A stretch of DNA of 64,000 bases, taken from NCBI GenBank assembly GCA_964016885.1, contig OZ024746.1, positions 76,446,001-76,510,000 on the forward strand. Direction: 5' to 3'. A program made the translations under genes and the position numbers. Numbering within the stretch: the first letter of the stretch is position 1; every line of letters begins with the position of its first letter. Below the pieces are notes generated by a model. It was not told where the DNA came from. It saw nothing but the letters and a program-made list of their open reading frames with translations, and searched no databases. Of the stretch, positions 26,061 to 39,756 are shown piece after piece. Origin of the DNA: Eledone cirrhosa. Taxonomy: Eukaryota.

Positions 26061-27149
26061 GTATGATCAAGAGGAGTGACTTGCTATCAAAGTAGCGATA
26101 GATCAATCAAATGGAAGTATTGAGTAGTAGGCAGGCCTTTGTGCTGAAAGCAATAACAGTTTATTGATTTCTTCATTCTATCACATTTCTTTGAATTGCC
26201 AAAGAACCAATATCCTTTACTCATTACAGACTTATTTCGTGCTTGTAGAGAACTTATTTGGACAAAAAAATGATAATAATAAAAAATTTAATTTTAGATA
26301 TTAATTTGTTTTAAAAATCTCATTAAATACTATTGAAATAATTCCTTTTTCAAATTTGCAGCAAACCACACCAATACTGCAAACCACCCCACTCCCAGCA
26401 AATCTGCTTATGGCTAAGATATCCAATGAAAATAGTTAGATAAACAATTGAATGTTCTTTGAATAAATGAAATTTTACCCTTCTTCTAATGACACTACAG
26501 ATTTTATGCAAATTTTTTCAATGAAATTAATTAATATATTCAGAAGATAAATTTACTAATTAATTCAATATTAACAGAAAAGATATAAAAAAATACTTTT
26601 TCTATCTTTCGTTATTGCTTGAAATAATAATATTTAAAATAATCAAGCATTTGGTGAAATTTAATAATGTAATCAAATTTCTTATTAAGTTGGTGTTTAA
26701 ACATAACGAAGATTCTTACATAAAATTATAATTGTTTCTACTTTTGGCACAAGGCCATCAATTACCCAGTACATTACTGGTACTTTATTTTATCGACCCC
26801 GTAAGGATGAAAGGCAAAGTTAACCTCGGCGGGATTTGAGCATAAAATTATAATGGAAAGATTTCAGATAAATATAAATACTTTCAACCAAACAATTTTG
26901 TATCAGAGAACCAGATTTGGTTTCCTATGAAAAGGGTTAAGACTAAACCCCAGTGCATGTTACACACACACACACACTATTGACAAGAAAAAAAAAAAAA
27001 AAAAAACTTTTATTAAATAAATGAAGAAAGAAAAATTACATGGAATATCTGATTAATATATAAAATGAATAACTAAGTGATTCTGAATGCGGGGCATGTG
27101 GATATTTTGAGGGATAATTTTTTTAAATATTACATGAGGTAGCAAGACA

Positions 27150-27473
27150 TGCAAAGGCTGGAGAGAAATGAAGCAAACTTGCTTCAATGGGTGTGCAATG
27201 TTAATGTGTGAAAATAAAGCATGGATGAACTGAAAGAGAAACTGGTTACAAGAGGAATCAAATGTAGAGTGCAGGAGAGGATTCTGCATTGGTATAGACA
27301 TGTGATGTGCATGGATGATAATCGCTGGGTGAAGAAGTGCCAAGTAATCCTAATGGAAGGAAGCTGCAGTAGAGGAAGACCAAGGAAGAACTGGATGGAA
27401 GTGGTGAGAGCTGATCTCAAATCGCTGAAGCTTAGAGATGACAAACAATGGACAGAAAATGATGATGATGATA
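27150..27473 (+). mobile_element. Diverged 3' fragment of an RTE LINE related to 3971-6205
   Basis: DELKEKLVTRGIKCRVQERILHWYRHVMCMDDNRWVKKC...SRGRPRKNW aligns with the C-terminus of the young element; (GAT)n tail. Confidence 0.85.
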
Positions 27474-27679
27474 GGCACAGACATAGCTTCAGGCTCAGTC
27501 TCATTGCATGGCACCTTGCAATATATATTTATATGCATGTATATGTGTGCGTTCACATCTGTGTTTACGTTGTTTGTTTATGAACAGTAACTTAATAGTT
27601 CAAGCAATAAAGATCTATAAAATAAGTACCAGACTTGAAGAAATAAGTACTGGGGTTGATATGATCAACTAAAAACCTT

Positions 27680-28060
27680 TCAAGATTGCTGCAGTCTTTT
27701 TATCACCAAACAAGTTTTTATATTGAGGGGGCATAAAAATGTTAAGGTGTCATTGTAAGATATTGCCTCAAAAAGTTTACCATGATGACCTCTCATGGAT
27801 CCCTCAAGACTAACTCCTGCTTCAATCAAGAAGATTGCTTTAGTGCTAGCTGCTGTTATTGCCTCTAATTCTACAATGTGAAGAGGTGTATCAAAACATT
27901 TTGTCAATACTATCAAACTTAATGTTACTGATGGTAACATAACATTAATCCATTCACAGAATACACTTATTTTTCTTTGGGGCTTTAAGAAAAGCCACAT
28001 AATTCATATTAAACACTAAGTCTGGAAAATATGGCAGATGAAAAACTGATGATATATTAA
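27680..28060 (-). pseudogene. Degenerate Helitron PIF1-like helicase fragment
   Basis: Across frames reads FPDLVFN...LKPQRK...INVMLP...SLEGSMRGHHGKL...LCP..IKTCLVIKRLQQ, colinear with the RepHel motif FPDL..LAPKN..IN..LPG..EFLNSL.PSG.PPH.L..LCNGTRL.VK.L. Confidence 0.4.
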
Positions 28061-30174
28061 CTTCTATTGCTTTAGCCATAGTGGAAGGGGAACAGAGTAG
28101 TTACTTGAGAACATAGGCCAATACAAAAAAAAAAAAAAGATTTCGATTGGTGATATTATACAAAAGAAAAAAAAATTACAAACTAAACAGAAGCTTGCGT
28201 ACAAGAGCAATCAATTGGACACCATCAAGATAAAGAATTTAAAAGAGAACAAGATTCAGTAAAGATAATAGGAAACCTAACAGTGGTTTTCAGTGGTATT
28301 ATAAATAAATCAATTGAGAAAAGTGCTGCCATTATGGATAGTTGAGAAGAAGGAAAGCGAAGTTCCCTAGAGTCAATAGATCTCCAGAAAATATAGTTTA
28401 CTACTTTGCAGGAATTAAATTATTCAAAAATAGTATTTAACAAAAAAGTGACGACTTTAACTCTTTTGATATCAAACTATCCTGGTTTTACAATATAAAA
28501 CTGCTTGCTTTAAAAATGTTTCCATCATAATTTCATGTAAGAACTTTTATTAAGTTATTCTCTAGTCTATACTTAATAATGAGAAAGTTAGCCATATTAG
28601 TAAATCACCAAAAATTCTTGATTATTTCAAAATAAATTGAAAATTATAGACAATGTCTTTCATTAGAAACATGGAAGTTAAAAGGCTTACTAAAAAAAGT
28701 CTTAGGATATTAAGTAATCAGCTATACAGGGAGCATAAAACCAAATGGTACTTTATGGACCAATATTTGTATAAAGTAAATATTGTTTGCCTTCTTTGTA
28801 CTTTACATATATATATAAAGGAGAGAGAGAAAGAGAGAGAGTTTTCCAAAGCATTGCAATAATATAATAATTTCAAATGATTAAAAAGCCTAAATAGTGC
28901 ATTAAAAAATTAAAACAGTGTTTTATTCAGAATTTTCAGTCTAGAGACACCATCATCAGTAAATATAAGATCTGCTTTATTTTGGTTAAAGTTTGAAAAA
29001 GCTTTAGTTGAAGTCATTCTAAAAGTTGAAGGAACATATCCTAGATTATGGGATATATATTTTCATTTTCCTCTCCTAAGTGTAACATTTGAGAAATTGA
29101 AAGGTAGAGACCATACATACTCCAGAAGAGTGTTGATAATCAGTCAAACAAACCTTAGTTGAAACAAAATTCTTAGTAGATCTTTTCCTTCCTAGGCCAG
29201 CAACGAAACTGGCAATAACAGTGCCAGTTAGCAAGGATCACACACACACATCTAGACATGCTCAAAGAAGAAATACATATATATACTGCTTAAACTAAGG
29301 CTTGTTTGACCATTAATCAAAGCCTTTTCTGCAATATGTTTGGTCTCTACTTTAAATTTCTGAGTCAAGAAGATCAGGGGCATGTCCAATGTGCTTTCTC
29401 AGGGACCCCAAACTGAGTGTCTGATCTGAATTCTTGCAAGAAAGTGGACTTTGCTAAAGGCTCCCAAGGGTAACAGATTATGTCTGCCACCCATGTAGGC
29501 CAATGTAGGATTTGAACTCAGAATACAAAGAACAAAAACAAATATGGCAACGCATCTCATCCAACATTCTAACAATTTGATCACTGTACTACCCCAGTAC
29601 TTTAATCTATCGACATAGAGAGAATGAAAAGCAAAGTTGACTTCAGCAGGGTTTGAACTCTGATTAAGCATCAGATTTATACCATTTCTGAAAGATAGTC
29701 AGTCATACAGAGTAGGTGCTTCTAATTAAGATGACTTGTACTCAATGTTTCCTCTAAGCTGCACAGATGTGTAGCCATGCAGTCACTGTATAGGTGCTGT
29801 GTATATCAAAATATTGTCACTCAGTAGCTTTGAAATACTGCCATGTAATAGATTTGATTTAAAATATTGTTCTCGAAGCATCAAACATTAACTCAGTAGT
29901 TGAGAAAAATTTGAGGGAATATTGCTTTCACTAAATAAACATTTTACATTCTTTAAGTTAAATAAATTTGGAAATATTTCATATTTAAAAATAGTAAAGG
30001 CAAATCGGTAAAATGCAGTTCATTTCTTCTAAATCATTAACCCTTTTGATACCAAATTGTTTGAAACTGGCACTGGTTATATAATACAATACTTAAGTGT
30101 TTATGAATATCTAAAAAATTTTCCATCATAATTTTATACAAGAACCTTTATTATGTTGCAAACACCATCTTAAA

Positions 30175-30385
30175 ACCTCAATGCTTCCTGAAATTCGCCA
30201 ACACTACACCTGATATCCCCCACCTCCATACACACACATACACACACACACATATATATCATGACTCATACACTGTTCACTTTCTTGACGTCTGTACATT
30301 ATTCTATGTACTATACATGCACCTTTGATGAGTTGTAATGCACCTGAGCACTGTACACAATAATTTCCTTATTATTATTATTAAT
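30175..30385 (+). mobile_element. CR1-type LINE 3' end nested in an M1 MITE
   Basis: Matches about 32705-32897; terminal tgcacctgagcact stem-loop region and (ATT)n tail. Confidence 0.75.
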
Positions 30386-30810
30386 AATGAAAAATCCAAA
30401 ATTTTTGAATATTTTCAAAATTATCTGAAAATCACATGGTATTGTCAGCTCATTAGCAATATGATAATGAAAGGGTTAATATGTTATTTTAATAAAAATA
30501 ATGTATCAGTTTTATTCCAATTTTGAAAGATTTTCAGGCATACAGAGTAAGTGTTTCTGTTAGGCTTTGGCCATCATTTTTGGATTGATACTATTGATTC
30601 TGATGTTAAATTTTTTTTATCTAATGAGAAAATCAATATGATAGGACTAGAAGAAAAAAAAAATTTTCCCTAGAAAATCAAAAGCACAAATGTTTATATA
30701 TATATATATCGTTTAACGTTTGCTTTCCCTGAAAGCAAGGGTTGCTGCTTGCACGCACACATGTATGTAAACACTGTGTGTGCATGCATGTATCTATACA
30801 CTCTCCCCAC

Positions 30811-30873
<63 letters not shown>

Positions 30874-31579
30874 ATAAGAGAGAGGGTAAGAGAGAGAGGA
30901 AGTGTATGTGTGTGCATGTATGTTCATGTGATGTCATAATTTTATAGCATATTGATCTGGTGTCTGGTCTCTGAGCAGAATACACACATAAAAGATGTGA
31001 TAGCCATTCAAAATAGGTATTTTCAAAGAGAAGAGATATATAAAATATAGAATGAAACAGTGAACCGAGATCACAAGATTATATATCTAAGTATATTACA
31101 GGAAATATTCAGGATCACACTTGAAAAGAAAATTTTAGAAAAGTACTGCAGAATCATAAATATCTTTCTCAGCACATTCACAGCTTTACTCCCAGTTTAA
31201 TTTCAGTCACCGTCCACCACTAGTTATATTCATAAAGTGATATTCTTTTCTTCTTATATTACTATACTTGTTTCAATCGTTTGACTGGAGCCATACTGGG
31301 GCGCCACCATGAGGGGTGGGTGTGGGGGTGTAAGGGGGGGGGGGTTAATCAATCATATTGACCCTAGTGCTTTTTTACCCAAGTATAGTACATATTTTAT
31401 TGATATATTTTTGTCGAATTACTCAGCTATGAGATATAAACACGCACACACACATTATATTTGACATGTTTTGGTGACTAGCACAGCAAACATCAACCAA
31501 CCATGACTATATATATATATATATATATATCATTCAACATTAACATTCTACATTTGTTTTTCCATGCTTGCATGGGTTG

Positions 31580-32272
31580 GAAAATGAGAGACTTGTCCTC
31601 TCAAGGAAGCCTACACAATGCACTCAACATGAGAATGGAGTTCCACTGAAGCAGGTAAAGTTCAAGTATCTTGGACTGCATTCACTAGTGATGGAAGGCA
31701 GGTGGCTGAGAATTAAATGCAAGAATTGCAGGAGCTGGTGCAATAATGTGCCAGCTTCAGCATTCAGAAGGGAGATAGGTGTAAAAGCCAAACTCACTAA
31801 CTTCAATTCAGTATTCATGCCAATCCTTACCTACTTGTCAAGAATCTTGGGGAATGACCAAAAGAATACAATCATGAATACAAGCAGCCAAAACGGAGTT
31901 CCCCCAAAGGGTCTTTGGAGTAATGTTACTCGATAAAGTGCATAGCTCGGAGATCAGAGAGTCACAATCGATAGGGTTGCTACTTCTCTGAATTGAGGGA
32001 TCAGAGCTTCGATACTATAGGCATGTGGTTAGAATGTCTCAGGAAAGAATTGCTGGACAGATTTAATGGGCAAAACCAGCCAGCCAGCAGGAGACCCAGT
32101 AGTAGACCCTGAGCAAGATGGATGGGTACCATCCATGAGCTCAGCTTGTCTCGCTTGTGGATCCAGCTGGATCAATTGGAGGTAGTTGCTTCTGACAGGA
32201 CCCGCTGGAAGGAGTGTTTGAAGACTCGGCCCCCATGACCCTCTCAGGAATAAGTGGGCGAAGAAGAAGATA
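31580..32272 (+). mobile_element. Degenerate RTE LINE 3' fragment (third family, GAA tail)
   Basis: LKQV..FKYLG and SVFMPILTY motifs, GHVVRMSQERI in a shifted frame; ends gaagaagaaga. Confidence 0.8.
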
Positions 32273-32557
32273 GTATTTGTAATATAAAAGATTCGAATAC
32301 CAAATTATATAGGAAGATTTTAAGATAGGTGGTTTTGACCTGTATTTATAGCTAAAGCAATTATTTTCCTTTATTTATAAGAACTATTTTCATATTGTAT
32401 GTATTTTAATTATTACAAAAATGTTTGTCTTTGTTTTGAAAAAGTAAGTAAGAAGTAAGAATGGAAATTAATATTTTTCTTCTATAAAATATGCATCAAT
32501 TCTCAAGAAATGATAAATAATATACTATATTTTGTTTACTAATCATGACAAATTCCA

Positions 32558-32897
32558 GTCTAACACACGTGGGCATGCCCACAAAGTCAGAAAACAGCAC
32601 AGTTCCCATGACTTTCGGAAACATTTTTTCATGCTCAGAATTGCTGAAGCATGGAACAAACTACCTACATCAGTTGTTAGCTGTCGAGACACTGCATCCT
32701 TTAAGGCCTCCATGCTTCCCAAGATCCGCCAACACTACAGCTAATGTTCCCCCTCCATACACATACACACATGTATACCATGACTCATACACTATTCACT
32801 TCCCTGACATTTGTGTATTATTCTATGTACTATACATACACCTTTGACGAGTTGTAGTGCACCTGAGCACTTTACACAATAATTTCATTATTATTAT
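32558..32897 (+). mobile_element. CR1-type LINE 3' fragment
   Basis: SNTRGHAHKVRKQHSSHDFRKHFFMLRIAEAWNKLPTSVVSC...FK is the typical CR1 ORF2 C-terminus (TRGH, FF..R, WN.LP); 3' UTR and (ATT)n tail. Confidence 0.85.
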
Positions 32898-35800
32898 TTT
32901 TATCATTTTCATCATCATTAACAGTGACAATAGCAAAAGAGCAATGGCTTAATAGAAGTTCAAATGAACAAAAATGAGAGAGAGGGTGGATGGGTGGTTG
33001 ACAGACACAGATATATATATATAGAGGAGGGGGGACAATGTATGTACAAATCACAAACAGCAAATACAAAACAATTTATCAAAGGCACATAATTTACTGA
33101 CAAAATAATACTAGCTTTAACCTCCTAAAAATAGCAGCTTAATCACCCTCACTACCATCTTACCCCTTTTGATACCAAACAGCCTTAAATAGCCCTGTTT
33201 GTTTTAAAGCATGTATATTTACCTAAAAATCTTCCTCATTTTTTTTTTTTATGTAAGAACCTCTATTAAATTATGCTTGAAATATCAGCTTAATAATGAG
33301 AATGTTAGTTGTATTACTAAATCACTTCAAATTCTTTCACTGGTTTCAATCATTAGCCATGCTGAGATACTACCTTAAAGTTGATATCAACCCTAGTACA
33401 TATTCCCCTCTTCCAAGTCTGGTACTTATTTTATCAATCTCTTTTGCTGAACATCTAAGTTACAGGACATAAAAACAGAGATGATGACACACATGGTGGG
33501 CTTCTGCAGTTTCTGCCTACCAAATTTAATTCACAAACCTGAGGCTTTAGTAGAAGACAATTGCCAAAATTACTGCTGTGAAGTAAACTCCTTAACCACA
33601 CAGCCATGTCTAATATAATGGAATTTCAGCTTTGATCTGATAACAGACTCAAATTTTCTTGTGCTTTTCAAGCAAAAATCTCATTTAGTACAATACTTCC
33701 TGTTGGAAACAAACAGCTTACAGCTAGTTTATAGAATGGAATGAGCCTCTGCCAGTTTTGACGATGAGTATTCTCATTGTTCGATCAATGGAATGATTTG
33801 CTTATGAAATTAATGTGCAAGTGGCTGAGCATTCCAGACATGTGTACCCTTAAAGTAATTCTCATGGGTGATAAGTCTTCTGGTTTCCATCTATCCAATT
33901 TCACTCACAAGGCATGTGTTGACCTGAGGCTATATATGGTAAATAACACTTTCCCAAGATGCCATGCAGTGGGATCAAATCAGGGATCTAATGATTCTGA
34001 AATGAGCTTCTTAATCATTCAGTCATGCTGTGTTTATAGATGAAAATAATAAACTAAATCAAAATAGTAAAATATGTTCACAAGAGAAGCAATATAAATG
34101 TAAAGCAAGAAAAATTCATATGTATCGCTTGGGTGCAAGTGTACACACACGCGATAGAAACTGCAGTAAGAGTTGTGATCAGAAAATTGGTAATCCTCTC
34201 ATAACTGTATTTCTAATTAATTAATGAAGAATTTTGAGGGATTTACTAAAATTATTCATTATTTCATTACTAAGATAAGTAACTTAACATATGCCCCAAC
34301 TCTGCTGCGCCCTAAGCCTACAGCCCTTTCTATCCCATTCTCCTGTGACCCTAGAGCCCTTGCCTTTCCCTTCCTTTTCCATTTTTAATTATTAATAAAA
34401 AATATTTAGAAGTTATAGAAAATTATGTTGGAAAATTTAAATTTAAATTGGAAGTCTTTAAAATAGGTAGTTTTGTTTCAGAGAACCAGGACTGGTTTTG
34501 TTATCAGAAAAATATAAAAATTTATATGTATTGTTTATGTATGTATGATAAAAACTGCAGTAAAAGGTTGTGATAAGTAAGTTAATACTTTTAGAATGTT
34601 GCCTGGGTAAATAGAGAAAACAGAAGTAGCAGCATTTTAGCAATTTTTATTAGTGCCTTTAACTCTGAAGATAAATCTGTATAATATAACAATACATTAC
34701 AACTAAGCTTGAAAGAAAATATTCATGAAATCTTTTTTAAAACTCATGATAAAGGAAAGGTGATATTCTAAGTAAATTAAAGTTCCAATGGCTATCCTAT
34801 TAAAATAACTATCTGATATAATATTAACAAGAGTGATGTGATAAAAAATAAATGAAGCAGTGCAGATTCATAAAACTTTATAATGTAAAGTAATTTATAC
34901 AATTGAAGAGACTTAAGAGGAATTGATTACAAATATAGAGAGAGAAAGACTTGGAGGCACTAGAAAGGAGACATGTCAACCATAGTTTCTCTGTCTGCGT
35001 CTCTCACGCTTTCCTTATCTATCTAACACATACACAGGTCAATGTTTTTTTAATGGCAGCAAGATATGTGGGCATTGCATAATAAGAAAGAAACTAGTAG
35101 ACACAGAAGAATAAAGAATTTGGAAATAGTAGACCTACTTTGATACAAAGTTGTTACATAAATTTCCACAGTCTGTTTGTATGTATAGCAAATGCTGTAG
35201 TTATTATCCCTACACATCAGCCTCCTAACCCTCTCCTCAACACAAAAAAGTCAGGTGTCTGACTCATGTTCTATTGTACACACACATAAATGATTACTAA
35301 AATTAAAACAATTTGACCAAACAATGGCAACATCAGCACCTATTATACATAGGTAGAAGGGTTGGTTACACTGTCATTGAAATATTTTGTAACAAATGAC
35401 CGCGTAAGCAAGTTTATTAATAAAGCTAGTGAAATAAGTCTCTCTCAACTCACCAACTAATAAAATACACTTGTTACTCAGGATCCAAGTTGAGCAAGCT
35501 CCTCACATACATACATGCACACATACATTCATACATATATTCATGCAGACCATCACATATACATACACAGGGAAACATATATATATATAATCATCATCAC
35601 CACCGTTTAACATCTATTTTTCCATGCTTACATGGGTTAGACGGATCGCCCACGTCATGAGACATGTCTGGCCAACTGGCCACGGTGTACCCTGCTCAGA
35701 CAGAACTGTATTTTGGCTGAGATTTTTACAGCTGGATACTCTTCCTAACACCAACCATGTTTACAGTGTGGAACTGGGTGACGCCATTATGAGGAGGGTC

Positions 35801-35997
35801 TGACCAGTTGGTCGCACCATACCCTGCTCACATTGGAACCATAATTTGAGAGCTGGGTGGTCCCATTATGAGGGAGGTCAGGCCAGTTGGCTGCACCAAG
35901 CCTTATTCATAGTGGAGCTGTGTTACTGGGTGGTCTTGTTATGTGCCAAGTCTGGCCAGATGGCCGCGCCGCAATTTGAACATATCAGGACTGTTAT

Positions 35998-36042
<45 letters not shown>

Positions 36043-37026
36043 ATGAATAAAGTACAAAATATGGCTTTGTGGTTAAGGAGTTCACTTCACAACCAAGTAG
36101 TTTCAGGTTCAGCACTTTGGGGGCAAGTGTCTTCTACTAAAGCCTCAAGTTAAACAATGAGTAAAATTGGTGGAAGGAAACTGTGTGGAGGCCCATCATG
36201 TGTATGTGTGTACATATATATATATATCATCATCATCATCATCATCTAACGTCTATTTTCCCACACTAGCATGGGTTAGATGAGTTGTTCCTTTGTGAGA
36301 CAAGTCAAATCTGATGACTGAGTCTTGTTCATACAGAACTGTTTCTGGTTTGGTTTCCTTCATCTTGATCACCATTAAATACCTATTTTCCCCCATCTAT
36401 ATGGGTTAAACAGGCTGTAATGCATTGAGGCTAGACAAGTCAGGTGAGGTAATCATGTCATGTTCATATGCTCTGTTTTTGGCTTGCTTTCTATGGCTGG
36501 ATGCACTTTTTAATGTCAAGCACTTTACAGTGTGTACTGGGAACACTTTATTGTGACTCCGGCATTACTCTTCTTACAGGGATAACTAATCGGGTGCTTT
36601 TGTTGTGGCACATGCGCCAGCACTTTACATGTATCAATATGTGTATATATGTGGTAAATATGTGTGTGTGTGTATGATAGCTGCCCACTTATCTCCAAAG
36701 AAAACTATTACTGATTATTAACGCAAGACATTACTTATGATTTTCAGTTTCAAGATAAACATAAACACTTTGAAATAAACAGCTTAGTATCAATGAAGCA
36801 AGGGTGGTTTCCAGCAGTGTGGTATCAAAAAAGTTGACCCTTTTAATACCAACCAATTTTAAACTGGATCTTGTTCTATGAAACAATAACCGCCTATTTT
36901 AATGGGTTCTTATTTAAATTAAAATTAACCATATAAGAGCCATATGTTAAGTTACTATCTTAATAATGAGATAAACAATAATTTTAGTATATCCATCAAA
37001 GTTCTTCATTAAATAATTCAAATATA

Positions 37027-37782
37027 CTAGCAGAAAGACCACCCTTCGGGTGGTTTTCTGCTACCATGTGTAGTGTGCATATTGATATTATATGCAAATA
37101 TTCATGCATGTAGATATGATACATCAAATAAAATCATAATTGACAATATCCACGGAAATTGAACAAAGTTTGCATTACACTCTCTTATGTAATCAGTAAA
37201 GTAATCCATGATACATTAAAAAAAGATGATATTTTATATAAACTGCATTACGAAAAAATTAGTGACGGAAATATATGAATGTTTATTTAAGCAATTGCTA
37301 ACCGGAAGTGTTGACATTTGAAAATTTTAAAGAACTGAATCTTTAAATAATCAATGAAATATATTTAATCAAGAATTACGAAATTTAGTAGATAAATTAT
37401 ATAATGTTCATTCATTATTTATTCAAAATAATTCAACTTATTTTACAAACGGGATCATCATCATCATCATTTCATTTTACGTCCACTTTTTCCCTGCTTG
37501 CAAGGGTGGGACGGGAACTGATTCTGGCTTGATTTCTACAGCTGGATGCCCTTGCTAACACCAACCTCATTTGCAGTAAGTGCTGGGTGCTTTTTTGCCG
37601 TGGCACCTCCACGACCACTTTGCAGTGGAATGATAGGGATCCCAGTCCCTATCATCTCATTTCTACAGCTGAGTAAACTGGAGCAATGTGAAATAAAGTG
37701 TCTTGCTCAAGGAAACAACACATCACATAAAAAAATATATTCTGGACGGTGTCCCGCACTCCTTTCTTTATTATAGTTAAGA
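37027..37782 (-). mobile_element. Non-autonomous Helitron containing a SINE, inserted in an M1-like MITE
   Basis: Minus strand starts A|TCTTAACTATAATAAAG and ends with hairpin accacccgaagggtggt, 7 nt, CTAG|T; A/T target without TSD; removing it restores the MITE text aatatattgtatttcattagaaat. Confidence 0.75.
37455..37726 (-). mobile_element. Family A SINE, headless copy, inside the Helitron
   Basis: Near-identical to 1601-1869; (CAT)n tail at the left end. Confidence 0.88.
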
Positions 37783-39130
37783 TTGTATTTCATTAGAAAT
37801 ACAGTTTATAAAACGATTAATATGGTGTTTTAAATATAAGTTAACAAAAGTTCTCAAATAAAATTATGATGGAAGGTTTGTAGATAAATAATTAGCTTAG
37901 TAGAACTTGGGCTGATTTTAGGCAGTTTGATTATCAAAATATCAAAAAGTATTTTAAGGTGGAAGGTTTGTAGATAAATTTAAACACTTTAAAATAAAAA
38001 GATTAGTAGAACAAGGGTGGTTTGATATCAAAAGATTTTAAACTATTATTTTAAGCTAATGTTTGAAATATAAGTTAACAAAGGTTTTTACATAAAATTA
38101 TGATAGAAGATTTATAGATAAATACAAACATTAAAATAAACAGCTTAGTATTTTAGTATTGTTGAATGAGAGGAGGTTTCAGATGGTTTGGTATCAAAAG
38201 AGTTTATTGTAACCTGAAAACTAGATTATAGATAAATTGATCCCCTAGAACGTATAGGAACTCTTCAGTAATTTTAAGCCAATGACAGACGTCTGTCAGA
38301 ACGAATGCTGCTTTAAAGTAAGTGATGCACTGAAACTTGGGAATGAAATAGAATACTTTATGATTTTATTTTTGTTTTTATTGAGTATATTTCTCCATTT
38401 TGAGAGACTTTATAGAGAAAAGGAGACTAGCAGATGTAATATGTCAGGCAAGAATGTCAAGGACACAGGTAGCAAGATAGTTCACGGAACTAAATGTAGA
38501 AATAATTGATCCTTCTAAATTAATATGTTTACAATTTCATCTGCACATTATTCAATAAAGACAATATATATTTTCTTAAGAGAAAGCAAAACATTAAAAG
38601 CACACGGAATAAAACATACTGAGAAATTGAATCTTTGCACTAAATCTTTTTGTGTGTAAAAATAAATATAATATATTTTTATTATCCCTTTACTGGTTTC
38701 AGTTATTAGACTGAGATCATGCTGATTTAGTTGACCATATCGACCCCAGTTTGGTACTTATTTTATTGATCTCTTTTAGTCAAACTGCTAAGTTACAGGA
38801 TGCCAAAATACACAGAAAGATGGACATGGACACACACATAAACATGATGGGCTTCTGCAGTTTCCATCTATCAAATTTCACTCACAAAGCATTGGTTAAC
38901 CTGGCTAGCGTGGAAAATGGACGTTAAACGAAGATGATGATGATGATGATGATGATGTTATAGTAGAAGACACTTGCTCCAGGTGCAACACAGTAGGATT
39001 AAATCCAAAATCACATGGCTGCAAAGTGAACTCCTTAACCATACAGCTATGCCTGCACTTAAGCATATGTATTGCACTTAAACATTTTACTGACAAACAG
39101 ATAAAATGAAAACAAACCAATTTCCAGCAG

Positions 39131-39162
<32 letters not shown>

Positions 39163-39236
39163 TACTACCCAAGAAAATTCAATTGATAAGGTATGATTTC
39201 CTTGGCTATGTCAAAATTTATAAAAAAATTTTTGTT

Positions 39237-39295
39237 TTTTATCTGATGAAAGCGTACCAAAGTTTTTTGGTACCCTTGAAATATATATAATAGAA
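39237..39295 (+). ncRNA. Type I hammerhead ribozyme motif (Penelope/retrozyme-like minimal architecture)
   Basis: CTGATGA (39243-39249), stem II of 11 pairs plus one mismatch (39250-39277), GAAA (39278-39281), 2-bp stem III with palindromic ATAT loop, AUA cleavage triplet (39287-39289), 6-bp stem I. Confidence 0.55.
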
Positions 39296-39431
39296 TAAAT
39301 ATGGTTTTATAAATATAGTTTCCATTTATTTAATATCATTGAATATTTACTCCAGAAATCTGTTGAGTGCTCTGAATCAGTTATAAACATTTATATTTGT
39401 TGTATCTCCGACAAATTAAATATCCATTCTA

Positions 39432-39472
<41 letters not shown>

Positions 39473-39756
39473 ACTTAACCCTTCTGATACCAAACTGCTT
39501 GGTTTTATGATACAAAACCATCTGTTTTATTACTATTTTTGCTTACCGTGTTTGTATTTATCTAAAAATCTATTATTGTTTTATGTAAGAATATTTATGT
39601 TAATGTTCCGAATACCGGATTAATAATGATAAAGTTAGTTATATTACTAAATACCTACAAATTCTTTTATTATTTAAAAAATTAATTGGAAATCGGGCAG
39701 CATCTTTCATGAGAAAGTATAGTAACAAAAGTTGTTAATCTACAGAAGACAACAAA

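Noticed and set aside
28130-28400. Possible pogo/Tigger transposase N-terminal relic
   Set aside because: Too degenerate; no continuous motif could be read.
38235-38275. Minus-strand CTGAAGA plus hairpin, and CTGATGA near 53915
   Set aside because: No correctly placed GAAA or stems I/III, so no hammerhead can be assembled.
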